Source of the DNA: Alphaproteobacteria bacterium
Lineage (GTDB): Bacteria > Pseudomonadota > Alphaproteobacteria > UBA828
Length of the DNA: 64,000 nt
Direction: 5' to 3'
NCBI GenBank assembly: GCA_965220745.1
Contig: CBDCQT010000012.1
Coordinates: 64,001 to 128,000 of the forward strand
Positions 37,378-47,476 of the stretch are shown piece by piece; position 1 is the stretch's first letter; every line of letters starts with the position of its first letter. The notes beneath the pieces are model-generated. The model was not told the origin of the DNA. It worked only from the letters and a program-made list of their open reading frames with translations, and made no database searches. A program made the translations under genes and the position numbers.

Positions 37378-37545
37378 CCGCATTTCTCACCATGGTCGTG
37401 ACCCTGGTGAGAAACCATAGTGATCTGTTGTTCCTCCTGGTATCCTGAGATGCCTGGAGAGCCCTGGAGGTTGATTTTGTTGTGGTGTTGAAATGATCTA
37501 TCCGGCCTCAAGCGGCCTGGAGGCCCCCGAGCGGTCCTGAAGTTA
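37359..37545 (+). repeat. Direct repeat AGCGGTCCTGAA(A)GTTA (37359-37375, 37530-37545), putative att cores
   Basis: Copies 171 bp apart enclosing periodic CCTG(G/A) motifs and an AT-rich tract; directly upstream of an integrase. Confidence 0.6.
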
Positions 37546-37602
37546 CTTTCATGTGTTGTGGGTAGTGTTGATTTGTATGTTTCGCCATGCCATCATTCCC
37601 TC

Positions 37603-38871
37603 ATGCCAGTCACACCCGGAAAGCGCGTCGCGCGCGTCAAGCTCACAATCGCAAAGCGCGCCATCGACAGCCTCAAGCCCGCCCACAAGCCATGGATCGC
37701 ATGGGACGACAAGCTCACAGGCTTCGGCGTCCAGGTCCATCCCTCGGGCGTCAAGTCCTACATCGTCAACTACCGCCCCGGCGCGGGCGGCAGGGCGGCG
37801 CCCAACAAGCGCCTCGTCATCGGACGCTGCGACAGGATGGCGGCCGAGCACGCACGGCGCGAGGCCCACAGGCTGCTGGGCATGGTCGCCGTGGGCGAAG
37901 ACCCGGCGGCGACCCGTGCCAGGAGCCGGCGCATGCCGCTGCTCAAACAGGCCTTCGAGCAGTACATGGCGGCCAATCCCAAGCGGAACGCGAGCACCAA
38001 CGAGAACTATCGCGATCGGTTCGAGCGGCCTCTCGCGGATTGGCTCGGCCGTTCCCTCGACAGCATCACGCGCAGAGACGTGGAGGACCGTTTCAACCGC
38101 ATCACCGAGAAACACGGCTGGGCGACCGCGAATCAGTGCATCTCCCTGCTGCGCTCGGTCTATCGCCGGCCCTGCGTTGACTACGAAGGGCTGGTCAATC
38201 CCGTCGATCTCTGGCTGGCGGGCGGCGGCCGGTTCCATCCCAAGCCGCGCCGCAAGATCCCGCCGCCGGCGGAGGTCCTGCCGTGCTGGCGCAGGGGCAT
38301 CGAGGCTGTGGTGAGCAACCCGGCTCTTCGGGACGTGTTCTGGTTCGGCATGTACACGGGCATGCGGCTCGGTGAGGTGCTGCCGCTGAAGTGGGAGCGT
38401 GTGAACCGGGAGGCGCTGAGCTTCCGTGTGAACAACACCAAGACGAGGGCGCCGCTGGAGCTGCCCATCACCCGGCAGCTCGCAGCCATTCTCGATCGCC
38501 GGTGGGGCGAGAGCGGTCACCTGAAAGGCGGCTGGGTGTTTCCCTCTGCCGCCAGCCGCACGGGCTACTTCGTGAAGCTGACGTATTTTCATCGCCGCAT
38601 CAGCGAGGCCGGTGGCGCGAAGTTCTGGTTCCACGGGATGCGCAACTGCTTCATCACGGTGGCCGAGCGTGAGCTGATGCTGCCGCACGCGCTGACCAAG
38701 CGCCTGGTGAACCATGCGCCGCCCCGCGACGTCACCGAGGGGTACGCCGCCGACTGGACCATCGGGCAGTTGCGCGAACCCGCTCAGCGTATCGCAGATC
38801 GCATCGAGGCGTTGATGAGAGCTGAGCCTGATCGCGTTATCGGGGGGATGGAAACGCCGGGGGCTTCATAG
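37603..38871 (+). CDS. Tyrosine integrase with arm-DNA-binding domain
   Basis: WDDKLTGFGV arm domain; catalytic TGMR, K, HGMR, NH, Y all present. Confidence 0.92.
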   Translation: MPVTPGKRVARVKLTIAKRAIDSLKPAHKPWIAWDDKLTGFGVQVHPSGVKSYIVNYRPGAGGRAAPNKRLVIGRCDRMAAEHARREAHRLLGMVAVGEDPAATRARSRRMPLLKQAFEQYMAANPKRNASTNENYRDRFERPLADWLGRSLDSITRRDVEDRFNRITEKHGWATANQCISLLRSVYRRPCVDYEGLVNPVDLWLAGGGRFHPKPRRKIPPPAEVLPCWRRGIEAVVSNPALRDVFWFGMYTGMRLGEVLPLKWERVNREALSFRVNNTKTRAPLELPITRQLAAILDRRWGESGHLKGGWVFPSAASRTGYFVKLTYFHRRISEAGGAKFWFHGMRNCFITVAERELMLPHALTKRLVNHAPPRDVTEGYAADWTIGQLREPAQRIADRIEALMRAEPDRVIGGMETPGAS

Positions 38872-40544
38872 CCTGATCTCTCAGGTTCAAATCCTGCCCC
38901 CGCTACCACCGAGACCGACATTCCCAAGACGGGAGTGTCGGTCTTTTCCTTTTCGGCCCCGTTTCCCGTCCACTCCAAAATCTTGCCGAGGTCGCCGCGT
39001 AGCGTGACCTGGACTTCACCGCGTTTTTCGCCGGGCGTCAGCACGATCCCGTCGATCAGTCCCCGGATCGCAGCCGAGGCTGCATCGCGCTCTTCCGGTT
39101 TGCTGAGGGCCTTCGCGAGACGGGCGACTTTGCGGCGATAGACGCCGGCGACGTTGGGGTGGATGTCCGGGATCTCGGGAGGAACCGTTGCGAGACGTTT
39201 CGTCAGCTCCTCCTTTCGAGCTTCAAGCTTGTGCAGGCGTTCCTTGAGCACGCCGCTGTAGGCGCCGTCCTGGATGGCGTCGACGATTCCCTCGATCTTC
39301 TTCTCGATGTCCGCGAGCTCCTTGCGTTCCGCCTCGCTTGAGGCGCTGCGCTCGCGGTTGAGCCGGTTGGTCTCCTCCGCCCAGGCGCGCACCGCTGCGT
39401 CAGCCGCCTCGGGCGCCATGAGGTGATCCTTGAGACCGACCAGGACGCGCTCCTCGAGTTCGACACGGCGAATGCCCCGGCTGTTCGAGCAGCTCCCGTT
39501 CATCACATGGTTGGAGCAGCCGTAGCGATCCTGCCCGCGCATGGCGTAGGGCCCGCCACAGGCGCCGCACTCCAGGAGGCCGGAGAGGAGATGCCGGGGG
39601 CGGTGGGTTCCGTTCAGGCGATTGGCGCGCGCGGTGCGCGTGGCCTTGATGACGGTGGCGTATTTCGCGGTGAGCTCTTCCTGGCGCTGCTTCACCGCCT
39701 GCCAGAGTTCGTCGTCGACGATGCGGAGCTCGGGAACCTCCGTGATCACCCATTCCTCTCTTGGGTTGATCCGCGACACCCGCTTGCCGGTCTCCGGGTT
39801 CTTCAGGAAGCGCAGCCGGTTCCAGACCAGACGTCCGATGTAGAGCTCGTTGTTGATCATGCCGGTGCCGCGCTTGACCTGACCCCTGATGGTGGAATCC
39901 GTCCAGAGCTTGCCCGAGGGACAAGGGATATTCTCGGTGTTGAGGCGCCTGGCGATCGTCCGCGGACTGACGCCCGAGGCGAAGTCCCGGAATACGCGCC
40001 GCACCACGTTGGCTTCGGCCTGGTTGATTGTGCGTTCGCCGCGCACCGGCTCGCCGACGGCATCGAAGGTCGTGACGACATCGTAGCCGTAGCAGAGCCC
40101 GCCCCCCGAGCGGCCCTTCTCGACCCGGCCGCGCAGCCCGCGGTGTGTCTTGGCCGCGAGGTCCTTCAGGAAGAGCGCGTTCATCGTGCCCTTGAGCCCC
40201 ACGTGCAGCTCGTTGATCTCACCCTCGGCGAGCGTGACGATCATCACTCTGGCGAACTGCAGGTGCTTGAACAGTGCCGAGACGTCGGCCTGGTCACGGC
40301 TCATCCGGTCGAGTGCCTCCGCCACCACGACGTCGAAGGCGCCGGAGCGGGCTTCCGCGAGTAGCGCCTGGATACCGGGGCGCAGGATCATGCTGTCGCC
40401 GGAGATGGCCGCGTCGCGATAGGTGTCCACGATTGTCCAGCCCGCCCGCTCCGCATGGTCCCGGCAGATCCGGAACTGATCCTCGATCGAGGCCGCGCTC
40501 TGAAGGTCCGAGGAGTAGCGGGCGTAGAGGGCGGCACGGATCAT
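38784..40544 (-). CDS. Large serine recombinase
   Basis: YARYSS, EALDRMSRD, YIGRLVWN, LLSGLLECGACG zinc ribbon; C-terminus VVAGAGFEP reads through the tRNA fragment. Confidence 0.95.
   Translation of the reverse strand: MIRAALYARYSSDLQSAASIEDQFRICRDHAERAGWTIVDTYRDAAISGDSMILRPGIQALLAEARSGAFDVVVAEALDRMSRDQADVSALFKHLQFARVMIVTLAEGEINELHVGLKGTMNALFLKDLAAKTHRGLRGRVEKGRSGGGLCYGYDVVTTFDAVGEPVRGERTINQAEANVVRRVFRDFASGVSPRTIARRLNTENIPCPSGKLWTDSTIRGQVKRGTGMINNELYIGRLVWNRLRFLKNPETGKRVSRINPREEWVITEVPELRIVDDELWQAVKQRQEELTAKYATVIKATRTARANRLNGTHRPRHLLSGLLECGACGGPYAMRGQDRYGCSNHVMNGSCSNSRGIRRVELEERVLVGLKDHLMAPEAADAAVRAWAEETNRLNRERSASSEAERKELADIEKKIEGIVDAIQDGAYSGVLKERLHKLEARKEELTKRLATVPPEIPDIHPNVAGVYRRKVARLAKALSKPEERDAASAAIRGLIDGIVLTPGEKRGEVQVTLRGDLGKILEWTGNGAEKEKTDTPVLGMSVSVVAGAGFEPERSGYEAPGVSIPPITRSGSALINASMRSAIR
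38866..38908 (+). repeat. Degenerate 3' half of initiator tRNA-Met (att site)
   Basis: TCATAgCCTGA...CAGGTTCAAATCCTGCCCCCGCtACCA; direct repeat of 62980-63024. Confidence 0.8.
38913..38953 (+). terminator. Intrinsic terminator after the tRNA fragment, antisense within the recombinase gene
   Basis: GACCGACATTCCC-AAGAC-GGGAGTGTCGGTC then TTTTCCTTTT. Confidence 0.7.
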
Positions 40545-40545
40545 G

Positions 40546-40746
40546 TCATTGCTCCTGTCGGTCTCCGGTCTTTGTAACCGGCACATTGTCGTTGGCCGAA
40601 GCCTGCCGCTCGAACTGCTCGCGGGCGATCTGGCGCCCGAGCAGGCGTGCGATGGTCAGCACGGCGGACCGGACTCGGGCCTCGGGCGCTCCGTTGTCGT
40701 TGGCGACAACACGGTCCCTGGACCGTCCGCTTCCGTTTCTTCCCAT
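40546..40746 (-). CDS. Small hypothetical protein directly upstream of the serine recombinase
   Basis: ANDN...IARLLGRQIAREQFE...ANDN; stop 1 nt before the recombinase ATG. Confidence 0.6.
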   Translation of the reverse strand: MGRNGSGRSRDRVVANDNGAPEARVRSAVLTIARLLGRQIAREQFERQASANDNVPVTKTGDRQEQ

Positions 40747-40964
40747 AACGCCCCGCCTCCCCGCAACACCGACCCATATGAAGGGCGATTTTTCGGACAG
40801 GAAGAGCAATGTCAAGGGATTTAGTCTTTACTATCAATGGGTTATCTCATCCTCCTGACCCTCGGGGGCTACGCTGAGAACCCCTGTGGCCCGGTTTGGC
40901 CCGACGAAAGTTTTTTCGCGGGGACATCACAATCGATGGTCCGGGGCGGTCTTCGCAGCCAGTT

Positions 40965-41231
40965 TCATGATCCTGTCCGCCGATAGGCGTTTCGCCGGCG
41001 CGCGACGCGAACGACCAGAATGACGAGTTCCTCGTCCCGGATTTCGTACACGACGCGGTAGTCTCCCACCCGGAGCCGCCTGAGCCCACGCAGGTCGCCT
41101 TTCAGCGCCGCACCAAGATGAGGGGTCTCTGCCAGCCGGTCGATCGCTGCCACGATGCGCGTCCGATCCGGCTTGGCCACGCGCCTCAGTTCCTTGGCCG
41201 CGCTCTGCTTAATCCTGATCGAGAAGCTCAC
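40965..41231 (-). CDS. RelE/ParE-family toxin
   Basis: SAAKEL, LKG, RLRVGDYRVVYEI. Confidence 0.92.
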   Translation of the reverse strand: MSFSIRIKQSAAKELRRVAKPDRTRIVAAIDRLAETPHLGAALKGDLRGLRRLRVGDYRVVYEIRDEELVILVVRVARRRNAYRRTGS

Positions 41232-41433
41232 GCCGGACCTCGTCCCAGTCCAGCACCGGATCCGTGGGATCGCGGAGCCGGTCGATGGCGACGGAGAGAT
41301 CGTCGAAGTCTTCGAGGTAGTGCTCGACGGCGAGTCGGATCACGTCCGCGCGGCTGCGGCGGAGCTGCTGTGCGACCGTATCCAGCGCATCGACCACCGG
41401 GTCTGGCAATCGCGCTGTCACCTGTTGGGGCAT
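41209..41433 (-). CDS. Ribbon-helix-helix (CopG/RelB-like) antitoxin
   Basis: VTARLP...RSRADVIRLAVEHYLED; overlaps the toxin start. Confidence 0.88.
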   Translation of the reverse strand: MPQQVTARLPDPVVDALDTVAQQLRRSRADVIRLAVEHYLEDFDDLSVAIDRLRDPTDPVLDWDEVRRELLDQD

Positions 41434-41870
41434 GGCAGTACCGTATGAGTAGAAGTGAGTGACATTAATCTACTGCGCTCCAGCCACTGGGTCAATTGAG
41501 ATTGAAGGGAAACGAGCAGGCGGAGAGATCCTTGCCGATCATGCTTCCGCAGGCGTCGGTGATGACAACGGTAAAGTACGTGCATCCAGCGCGTGACTAC
41601 GAGCGCATGCTGGCGGGTATCCACCACTAACATAGACGCCGTCGATTCCATCCTCTGCCTGCCACGCTGGTTTACGCGGTGTCGCCGTAAACTTCCTAAA
41701 GGTCAGTCGCGAGACTCGCGCTCGGCGGTCCCGCGCAGAGCCGCGATCCCGGCGACGAGCGACGCCGCGCGGTGTTCGGCGTTGCGTCGCGGCTCGTCAC
41801 GGCTGGAGCTTTCTCGATATGGCTGTAGCCTGCTCGAACGAAGCCCGCTATCATATGACCAGTTTCATGA

Positions 41871-42125
<255 letters not shown>

Positions 42126-42143
42126 GATCGGCAGTCGGTTCGT

Positions 42144-42593
42144 ATGCGCTATTTCGACACCAGTTTCCTCGTTCCCCTCGTCCTGCCCGAGGCGACCAGT
42201 GAACCGATCACGGGTTTCTTCGAGGGCCTGCCGGCGGACGCCCTGGCGGTCAGCCATTGGACCCGGGTCGAGTTCGCCTCGCTGCTTGCCCGCGAGGTTC
42301 GCATGGGCGGTCTGGAAGCTGCGGTGGCACGCGAGGCGGGTTCACAGTTCGAAACAATCATCGAGGAGTCTTTTGTCGTCTTGTTGCCAAACCGCGACGA
42401 CTTCGATCGGGCCAGGGAATGGCTGACCCGTTTCGAGACCGGACTGAGGGCCGGGGACGCGTTGCACCTCGCCATCGCGAGCAACCGCGGGGCGGAAGCG
42501 ATCTACAGCCTGGACAAGGTGATGATCGCAGCCGGGAAGACGCTGCGTGTGCCGACCAGCGCAGGGGTCCGTCTCCCGGGTTATGACGATTGA
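42144..42593 (+). CDS. VapC PIN-domain toxin
   Basis: YFDTS, EF, LRAGDALHLA, SLD. Confidence 0.92.
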   Translation: MRYFDTSFLVPLVLPEATSEPITGFFEGLPADALAVSHWTRVEFASLLAREVRMGGLEAAVAREAGSQFETIIEESFVVLLPNRDDFDRAREWLTRFETGLRAGDALHLAIASNRGAEAIYSLDKVMIAAGKTLRVPTSAGVRLPGYDD

Positions 42594-42667
42594 TGGCATC
42601 GTTGTCGTGTTCGAATTGATGTAACAATCGGTAAAGTCGAGAGTTCACGCTGGATTAGACACCCGTC

Positions 42668-44029
42668 ATGTTGAGCGCGACCGAACACTCGATTGTGTGG
42701 CGGATTCGAGGTGCCGCTCGGTATCTGGGCTCCATCATCCCCAACATGACAAGCGCTCCTGTAGCTCCCGACAAGGAGGGCAGGCACCGCCAATGGCGCG
42801 AAGCGATGACACCTCAAAAGCTGGACAGGTTGTCGGGCGCGCATTCGGCCATCGAGAGCGGTCTCAAACACCTCATCAAGAGCGGCGGCGCATCCTATTC
42901 ACCAACGCACGAATTGCGCGTTCTTCTCGACGAGTTGAGGGCGAGCGCCCCCGGGGTCGCTGCATCCTTGGAAAACGCCTTCAATGCGGCAACGGCATTT
43001 TACGGCACGGACATAGCGCATCCGGACCATCGCCATCTGGCGTCGCTCTCGGACTATCTCGACAAGAGCGGAACCAAGGATCTATTCAATCGCATGCGCT
43101 ATGTCGAACTGGAGTCGTCGGTCGATGACCCGGTGCTTGAGTGCGTGCACACCGAGTTCCACTACGAAATCCTCTGTGCGTTGGACGAGGCCATACAACC
43201 GTGCCATGGGCAGACCGCCGATCGGGTCGAGTATTTTGCACGACGGGCTTTTCTCGCCAGCCCCCGCTTGGATTCGGTGGCGGCGCACAGCGAGGCGTCG
43301 AGAGAGGCATACGTTGGATGGCTGGAGGAGCAGGACACGTATGTAGAGGCGATCAGGATCCTGACCGCTTCCCGCAACGCGATCGAGGACGAACATGCGA
43401 ACAGCGCCGCAATCGGCGTGTGTTACGAGTTGACGGGTTGCGAAGACGACCTTGCGCTGAGGACCATCGCGTTCGCACTCATCCAGTCCGGCTTAAGCCG
43501 CATCGTCGACCTGCGGGCTCAATACGGCGAGATAGAAACCCGCGTCTGGCGGCCGGAAGGGGCAAAGAACGACATCGTGACGACGCCAGCGGGCGATTTC
43601 CTTGGTTACATGCGACACCTGCCTACCGGGTTCTGGCTGGCCACGGAAGATCCGCACGACACGAACCCGACATGGTGCCGCACGGAGTCAGATGCCCGGT
43701 TGTACTTGGCGCATCTGTTTCTCATCGAGGTACCCATTGTCACAGCGCGCGGTACTTCGAGCTATCGCCTGGTAAGCCCGCGACCCCTGCGGAGTCCTAG
43801 GGAACGCGAAATACTGTCTGTGCATTGGATGAACTGGGCTGGATTCGGCAGCACCGATAGGATGATCTGGCTAAAGCTATGGGAGCCCTCGCACGACCTT
43901 CGGGTCGGCGAACACATCGAGATCAGGGTGGACCCGGAGTCTCCTTTGTATCGGCGTGGCCGCATTACCGGCGTTGCTGGCCAGGATGTGCACGTAGGCG
44001 AGACTGAACTCCGCTCATCACGTCGTTGA
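42668..44029 (+). CDS. Hypothetical protein with N-terminal HEPN-like domain
   Basis: AHSAIESGLKHLI...THELRVLL...FNRMRY; C-terminal half not recognised. Confidence 0.6.
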   Translation: MLSATEHSIVWRIRGAARYLGSIIPNMTSAPVAPDKEGRHRQWREAMTPQKLDRLSGAHSAIESGLKHLIKSGGASYSPTHELRVLLDELRASAPGVAASLENAFNAATAFYGTDIAHPDHRHLASLSDYLDKSGTKDLFNRMRYVELESSVDDPVLECVHTEFHYEILCALDEAIQPCHGQTADRVEYFARRAFLASPRLDSVAAHSEASREAYVGWLEEQDTYVEAIRILTASRNAIEDEHANSAAIGVCYELTGCEDDLALRTIAFALIQSGLSRIVDLRAQYGEIETRVWRPEGAKNDIVTTPAGDFLGYMRHLPTGFWLATEDPHDTNPTWCRTESDARLYLAHLFLIEVPIVTARGTSSYRLVSPRPLRSPREREILSVHWMNWAGFGSTDRMIWLKLWEPSHDLRVGEHIEIRVDPESPLYRRGRITGVAGQDVHVGETELRSSRR

Positions 44030-44594
44030 GGTAGTCGTGAAAGACAATGCCTCAAGCGTCCCAGGCTGAACGCTACTGGTCCGGGTTGCTGTTCGGCAAA
44101 CTGAACCTCCGAGCGGTATCCCACTGACGAACATAGAGCGATAAGACATGGCCAAGAAACCCAAGAACCGGGTTCGTTCAACGCAACGCCGCAAGGCCGG
44201 GGTCGCCCCTGCGAAGACCATCGACAAGGGCCTTCGACATGCGGAACTCAATGCGATGCAGAACACAGCGATAGCCTTCACGGTAGCTACCAAGATGCTG
44301 GCGGAAGACATTCGCGCAAGAGGATACCGGTACAATGATGCGACGCCTGTAGACGGCGGTGGCGGGCGTTCGCACAGTGAAATCTGGCGGGCATCCAGCG
44401 CAGTAGCCCACTTCAACCTCCATCAATCCTTTGAAGCGCACATCAAGTTCATATTGGCTGTGGAAGGATCGAGAGTACCGCCCATCCACCCGCTTGCGAA
44501 GCTGTACAAACTCCTGTCGTGCGAGTCCAAGACCAAGCTCGATTCGCTCTATGCCCAGATCATCAAGCCAGCACAAACTGGTCGCTGCTTCGCC

Positions 44595-45857
44595 TGATCC
44601 TCCCCCATCGAGTTGGTCCACCCTTAGGTTATGGAAAGAGGAGGACCGACGATGGCAAGGAAGCGTTACAAGCCCGAGGAGATCGTGAGCCTGCTGCGGC
44701 GGGCTGAGGTTCTGAACGGCCAGGGCATGTCGATGGCGGACGCGATCCGCGAGCTTGGGATCAGCGAGGTTACCTTCTACCGCTGGCGCAAGGAGTATGC
44801 CGGGATGAGCGGCGATCAGCTCCGCCGTTTGAAGGAGCTCGAGAAGGAGAACGAGCGGCTGCGCCGTGCGGTCTCCGATCTGACGCTGGACAAGCAGATT
44901 CTCAAAGAGGCCGCAGGGGGAAACTTCTAAGCCCCTCGCGCCGGCGCCAGTGCATCGATCATGTCTGTGACCGGCTCGGGGTCTCGGAACGCCGCGCTTG
45001 CCGGGTGCTGGGGCAGCACCGCTCGACCCAGCGCCGCATCCCGCGCGGCCGCGACGACGAGGACCGCCTGGTCGCGTACATGATCGAGCTGGCCCGCCAG
45101 TACGGCCGTTACGGCTATCGCCGCATCGCGGCCCTGCTTCGCGATGCCGGCTGGCAGGTCAACGACAAGCGGATCGAGCGCTTGTGGCGGCGCGAGGGGC
45201 TGAAGGTGCCCGGCAAGCAACCGAAGCGGGGCCGGCTTTGGCTCAATGACGGCTCCTGCATCCGGCTGCGCGCCGAGAGGGCGGATCACGTCTGGTCCTA
45301 CGACTTCGTCCATCACCGGACGTATGACGGCAGGGCCTTCCGCATGCTCAACGTCCTGGACGAGTTCACCCGCGAGAGCCTGGTCATCCGGGTGCGCAGG
45401 AGGCTTTCCTCGATCGACGTCATCGATGTGCTGACCGACCTGTTCATCCTGCGCGGCATTCCGACCTGGATCCGTTCCGACAACGGTCCGGAGTTCGTCG
45501 CCGAGGCCGTCAGGCGGTGGATCGCTGCGGTCAGCGCCCGCACCGCCTTCATCGAGCCGGGCTCACCCTGGGAGAACGGCTACATCGAGAGCTTCAATGC
45601 GCGGCTGCGCGACGAGCTCCTGAACGGGGAGATCTTCTACACCCTGAAGGAAGCCCAGGTTCTCATCGAATCGTGGCGGTGCCATTACAACGCGATCCGC
45701 CCACACGGCAGCCTGGGATACCGGCCGCCCGCCCCGGAGACGATCATCATGCCAAGCTGGCCGCCCGGCTCCGCTACGCTCCGCCGGCCACCCAGCTTGG
45801 CCGAGGAACCCGCGATGCACTAACATTCGACCTGGACCAGTCGACGGGGGCAGGTCA
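44595..45857 (+). mobile_element. IS3-family insertion sequence, copy 1 (1263 bp, 4-bp target duplication CGCC)
   Basis: TG...CA ends with imperfect IRs, orfA/orfB, CGCC at 44591-44594 and 45858-45861. Confidence 0.96.
44652..45823 (+). CDS. IS3 transposase OrfAB (predicted -1 frameshift)
   Basis: OrfA MARKRYKPEEIV; GGGGGAAAC near the orfA end; OrfB WSYDF, SDNGPEF, ENGYIESFN. Confidence 0.92.
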
Positions 45858-46328
45858 CGCCGTAGCGTTCAAAACCGTCAGCACACCCGCGCCTCCTGCC
45901 CGCCCGTCTGACGAAACCGTGATGACCGTACAGCAATGGTTCAAGACGATGGACGACACGATGCGCCTATTCGAACGTCGGTACGAAGCGGAAGACGTGG
46001 GGCGTTCCCGGTGGACCGTCTACTACCTCGACTTCGAACCACTGTTCGAAATGCTGGACCAAATCGGCGTCCATGCCAGTGCACTCTTCGAGCGTTGGGC
46101 GCGGACGGCAGTCGGCGGGAACGCCGGTCGGTAGAGGTCGCCCTGCGCTTGCCAACTGTACCTTGCGCCAGGCCAATCCCATCCCTCCGACACACCGACC
46201 GTTAACGATCAAAACGACTGCCGCCTCGTACGCGTGATGAAAAGCCGCCAGAAACCCTCGCGCGGGACGCGACGACGGCCTCGCGACATCGCGCCCGCCG
46301 TCGGCTGTGTCGGCGTGGCGGTGGTTGA

Positions 46329-46667
46329 TCAGTGGCGTTCGACAGCGACGATGCGAAGCTTCCCCCCGGAAGACGCGTGCGCCTGCCGGATGGCGATTTC
46401 GATGTCGCACCCGAGCGCGGTCAACAAGCGGAGCAGACGCTCCAGCGAATACTTGCGGAAATCGCCACGCAGGAGCCGGGACATATCGGGCTGGGGGAGT
46501 CCGAGCAGCCGCGCGGCGTCGGTCTCGTTGATGCCGCGCTCGCCGAGGATGTCGTCGATGCAACCGATCAGCTCGGCCTTGACGAGGTGCGCTTCGGCAT
46601 CGGGAAAGCCAAGATCGGCGAACACGTTGCTGCTGCCGCGTTGCACGGCCGTGTCGGGGGTTTCCAT
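46329..46667 (-). CDS. XRE-family (HigA-like) antitoxin with no adjacent toxin
   Basis: GSSNVFADLG, AARLLGLPQPDMSRL, SLERL. Confidence 0.85.
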   Translation of the reverse strand: METPDTAVQRGSSNVFADLGFPDAEAHLVKAELIGCIDDILGERGINETDAARLLGLPQPDMSRLLRGDFRKYSLERLLRLLTALGCDIEIAIRQAHASSGGKLRIVAVERH

Positions 46668-46705
46668 GGTTTCAGCCCCCACGAAGCGCGAGACGATACA
46701 CGCCG

Positions 46706-47413
46706 TCAGTCACTCTCGCGCGTAGTCTGCCGTTTTCCCAACGCCCAGCTCATGAGATCGGTCCGGGTATAGACGATCCTGCCATGAAACCTGTGATAGG
46801 CCGGGCCCACGCCCCTCGAACGATAGCGAACCAGCGTACGTCGCGCGAGGCCGAGCAGCGCCGCGGCTTCGCTGGTGTCGAGGAATTCCCGGCGGTGATG
46901 CGCCGGAGGGTCTTCATCGTCTGTGTCGGACACTCGGAAGGCACTGCCTTTCTTCCTCTCGGCCTGCGACATCGGGTTCGCGACGGCGCCGCATGTCGAC
47001 TCGCCGCCGTCTTCGAGCATCCCGGCGATGACCGCGCGCTGCGAAGGGTCGGCGGCGCGGTCCATGTACTCACGCGCTTGTTGAACGGCAGCAAGCCGAA
47101 CCGATTGCTGGGTCCCGAGCCTGCTTACGAACCAGGCAGAGCCAACGGCGTCGATTCCGAACCTCTCCGGCCTCGTTCCAGTGACCTCGAGGAAGGCTTC
47201 AACATCGCGCCTGACGGTGGGGCCGATCGGCGTTTCGCCCATGAAGCGAAGCACGCGGTCCGCGGTATTGAGCGTCATCGTCCGTTGCACGCCGAGCCGT
47301 CGCACGAAATCGGGTCGACCGAGCGCGCGCCTGCCGAACTCTTCGTCCGCGATCCCGGTGCGCGCCAGATAGTCCGAGACCTTGGTGCGGATGTCCGCCA
47401 TCAGGTCCGTCAT
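46706..47413 (-). CDS. Tandem Cro-like repeats plus C-terminal excisionase-type HTH
   Basis: Two (F/Y)L..TG....FG..A.G...FV.RL units; LDTSEAAALLGL..RTL..YR..G.GPAY...Y...DL..W. Confidence 0.75.
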   Translation of the reverse strand: MTDLMADIRTKVSDYLARTGIADEEFGRRALGRPDFVRRLGVQRTMTLNTADRVLRFMGETPIGPTVRRDVEAFLEVTGTRPERFGIDAVGSAWFVSRLGTQQSVRLAAVQQAREYMDRAADPSQRAVIAGMLEDGGESTCGAVANPMSQAERKKGSAFRVSDTDDEDPPAHHRREFLDTSEAAALLGLARRTLVRYRSRGVGPAYHRFHGRIVYTRTDLMSWALGKRQTTRESD

Positions 47414-47476
47414 GGGGCTTGCTCTAATCCGGACTCGAACCCGAGCGCTGCCGCGAGCCGGTGAAGCGCCGACCGG

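Larger units (their letters stand above)
44148..46134 (+). pseudogene. HEPN-like gene split by an IS3 element
   Basis: Removing the IS and one CGCC restores frame GRCFA|VAFKT; motifs QSFEAHIKFIL, HPLAKLY, FERRY. Confidence 0.75.

Noticed and set aside
41570-41630. Possible gene tail VKYVHPARDYERMLAGIHH*
   Set aside because: Too short to assign and no upstream frame
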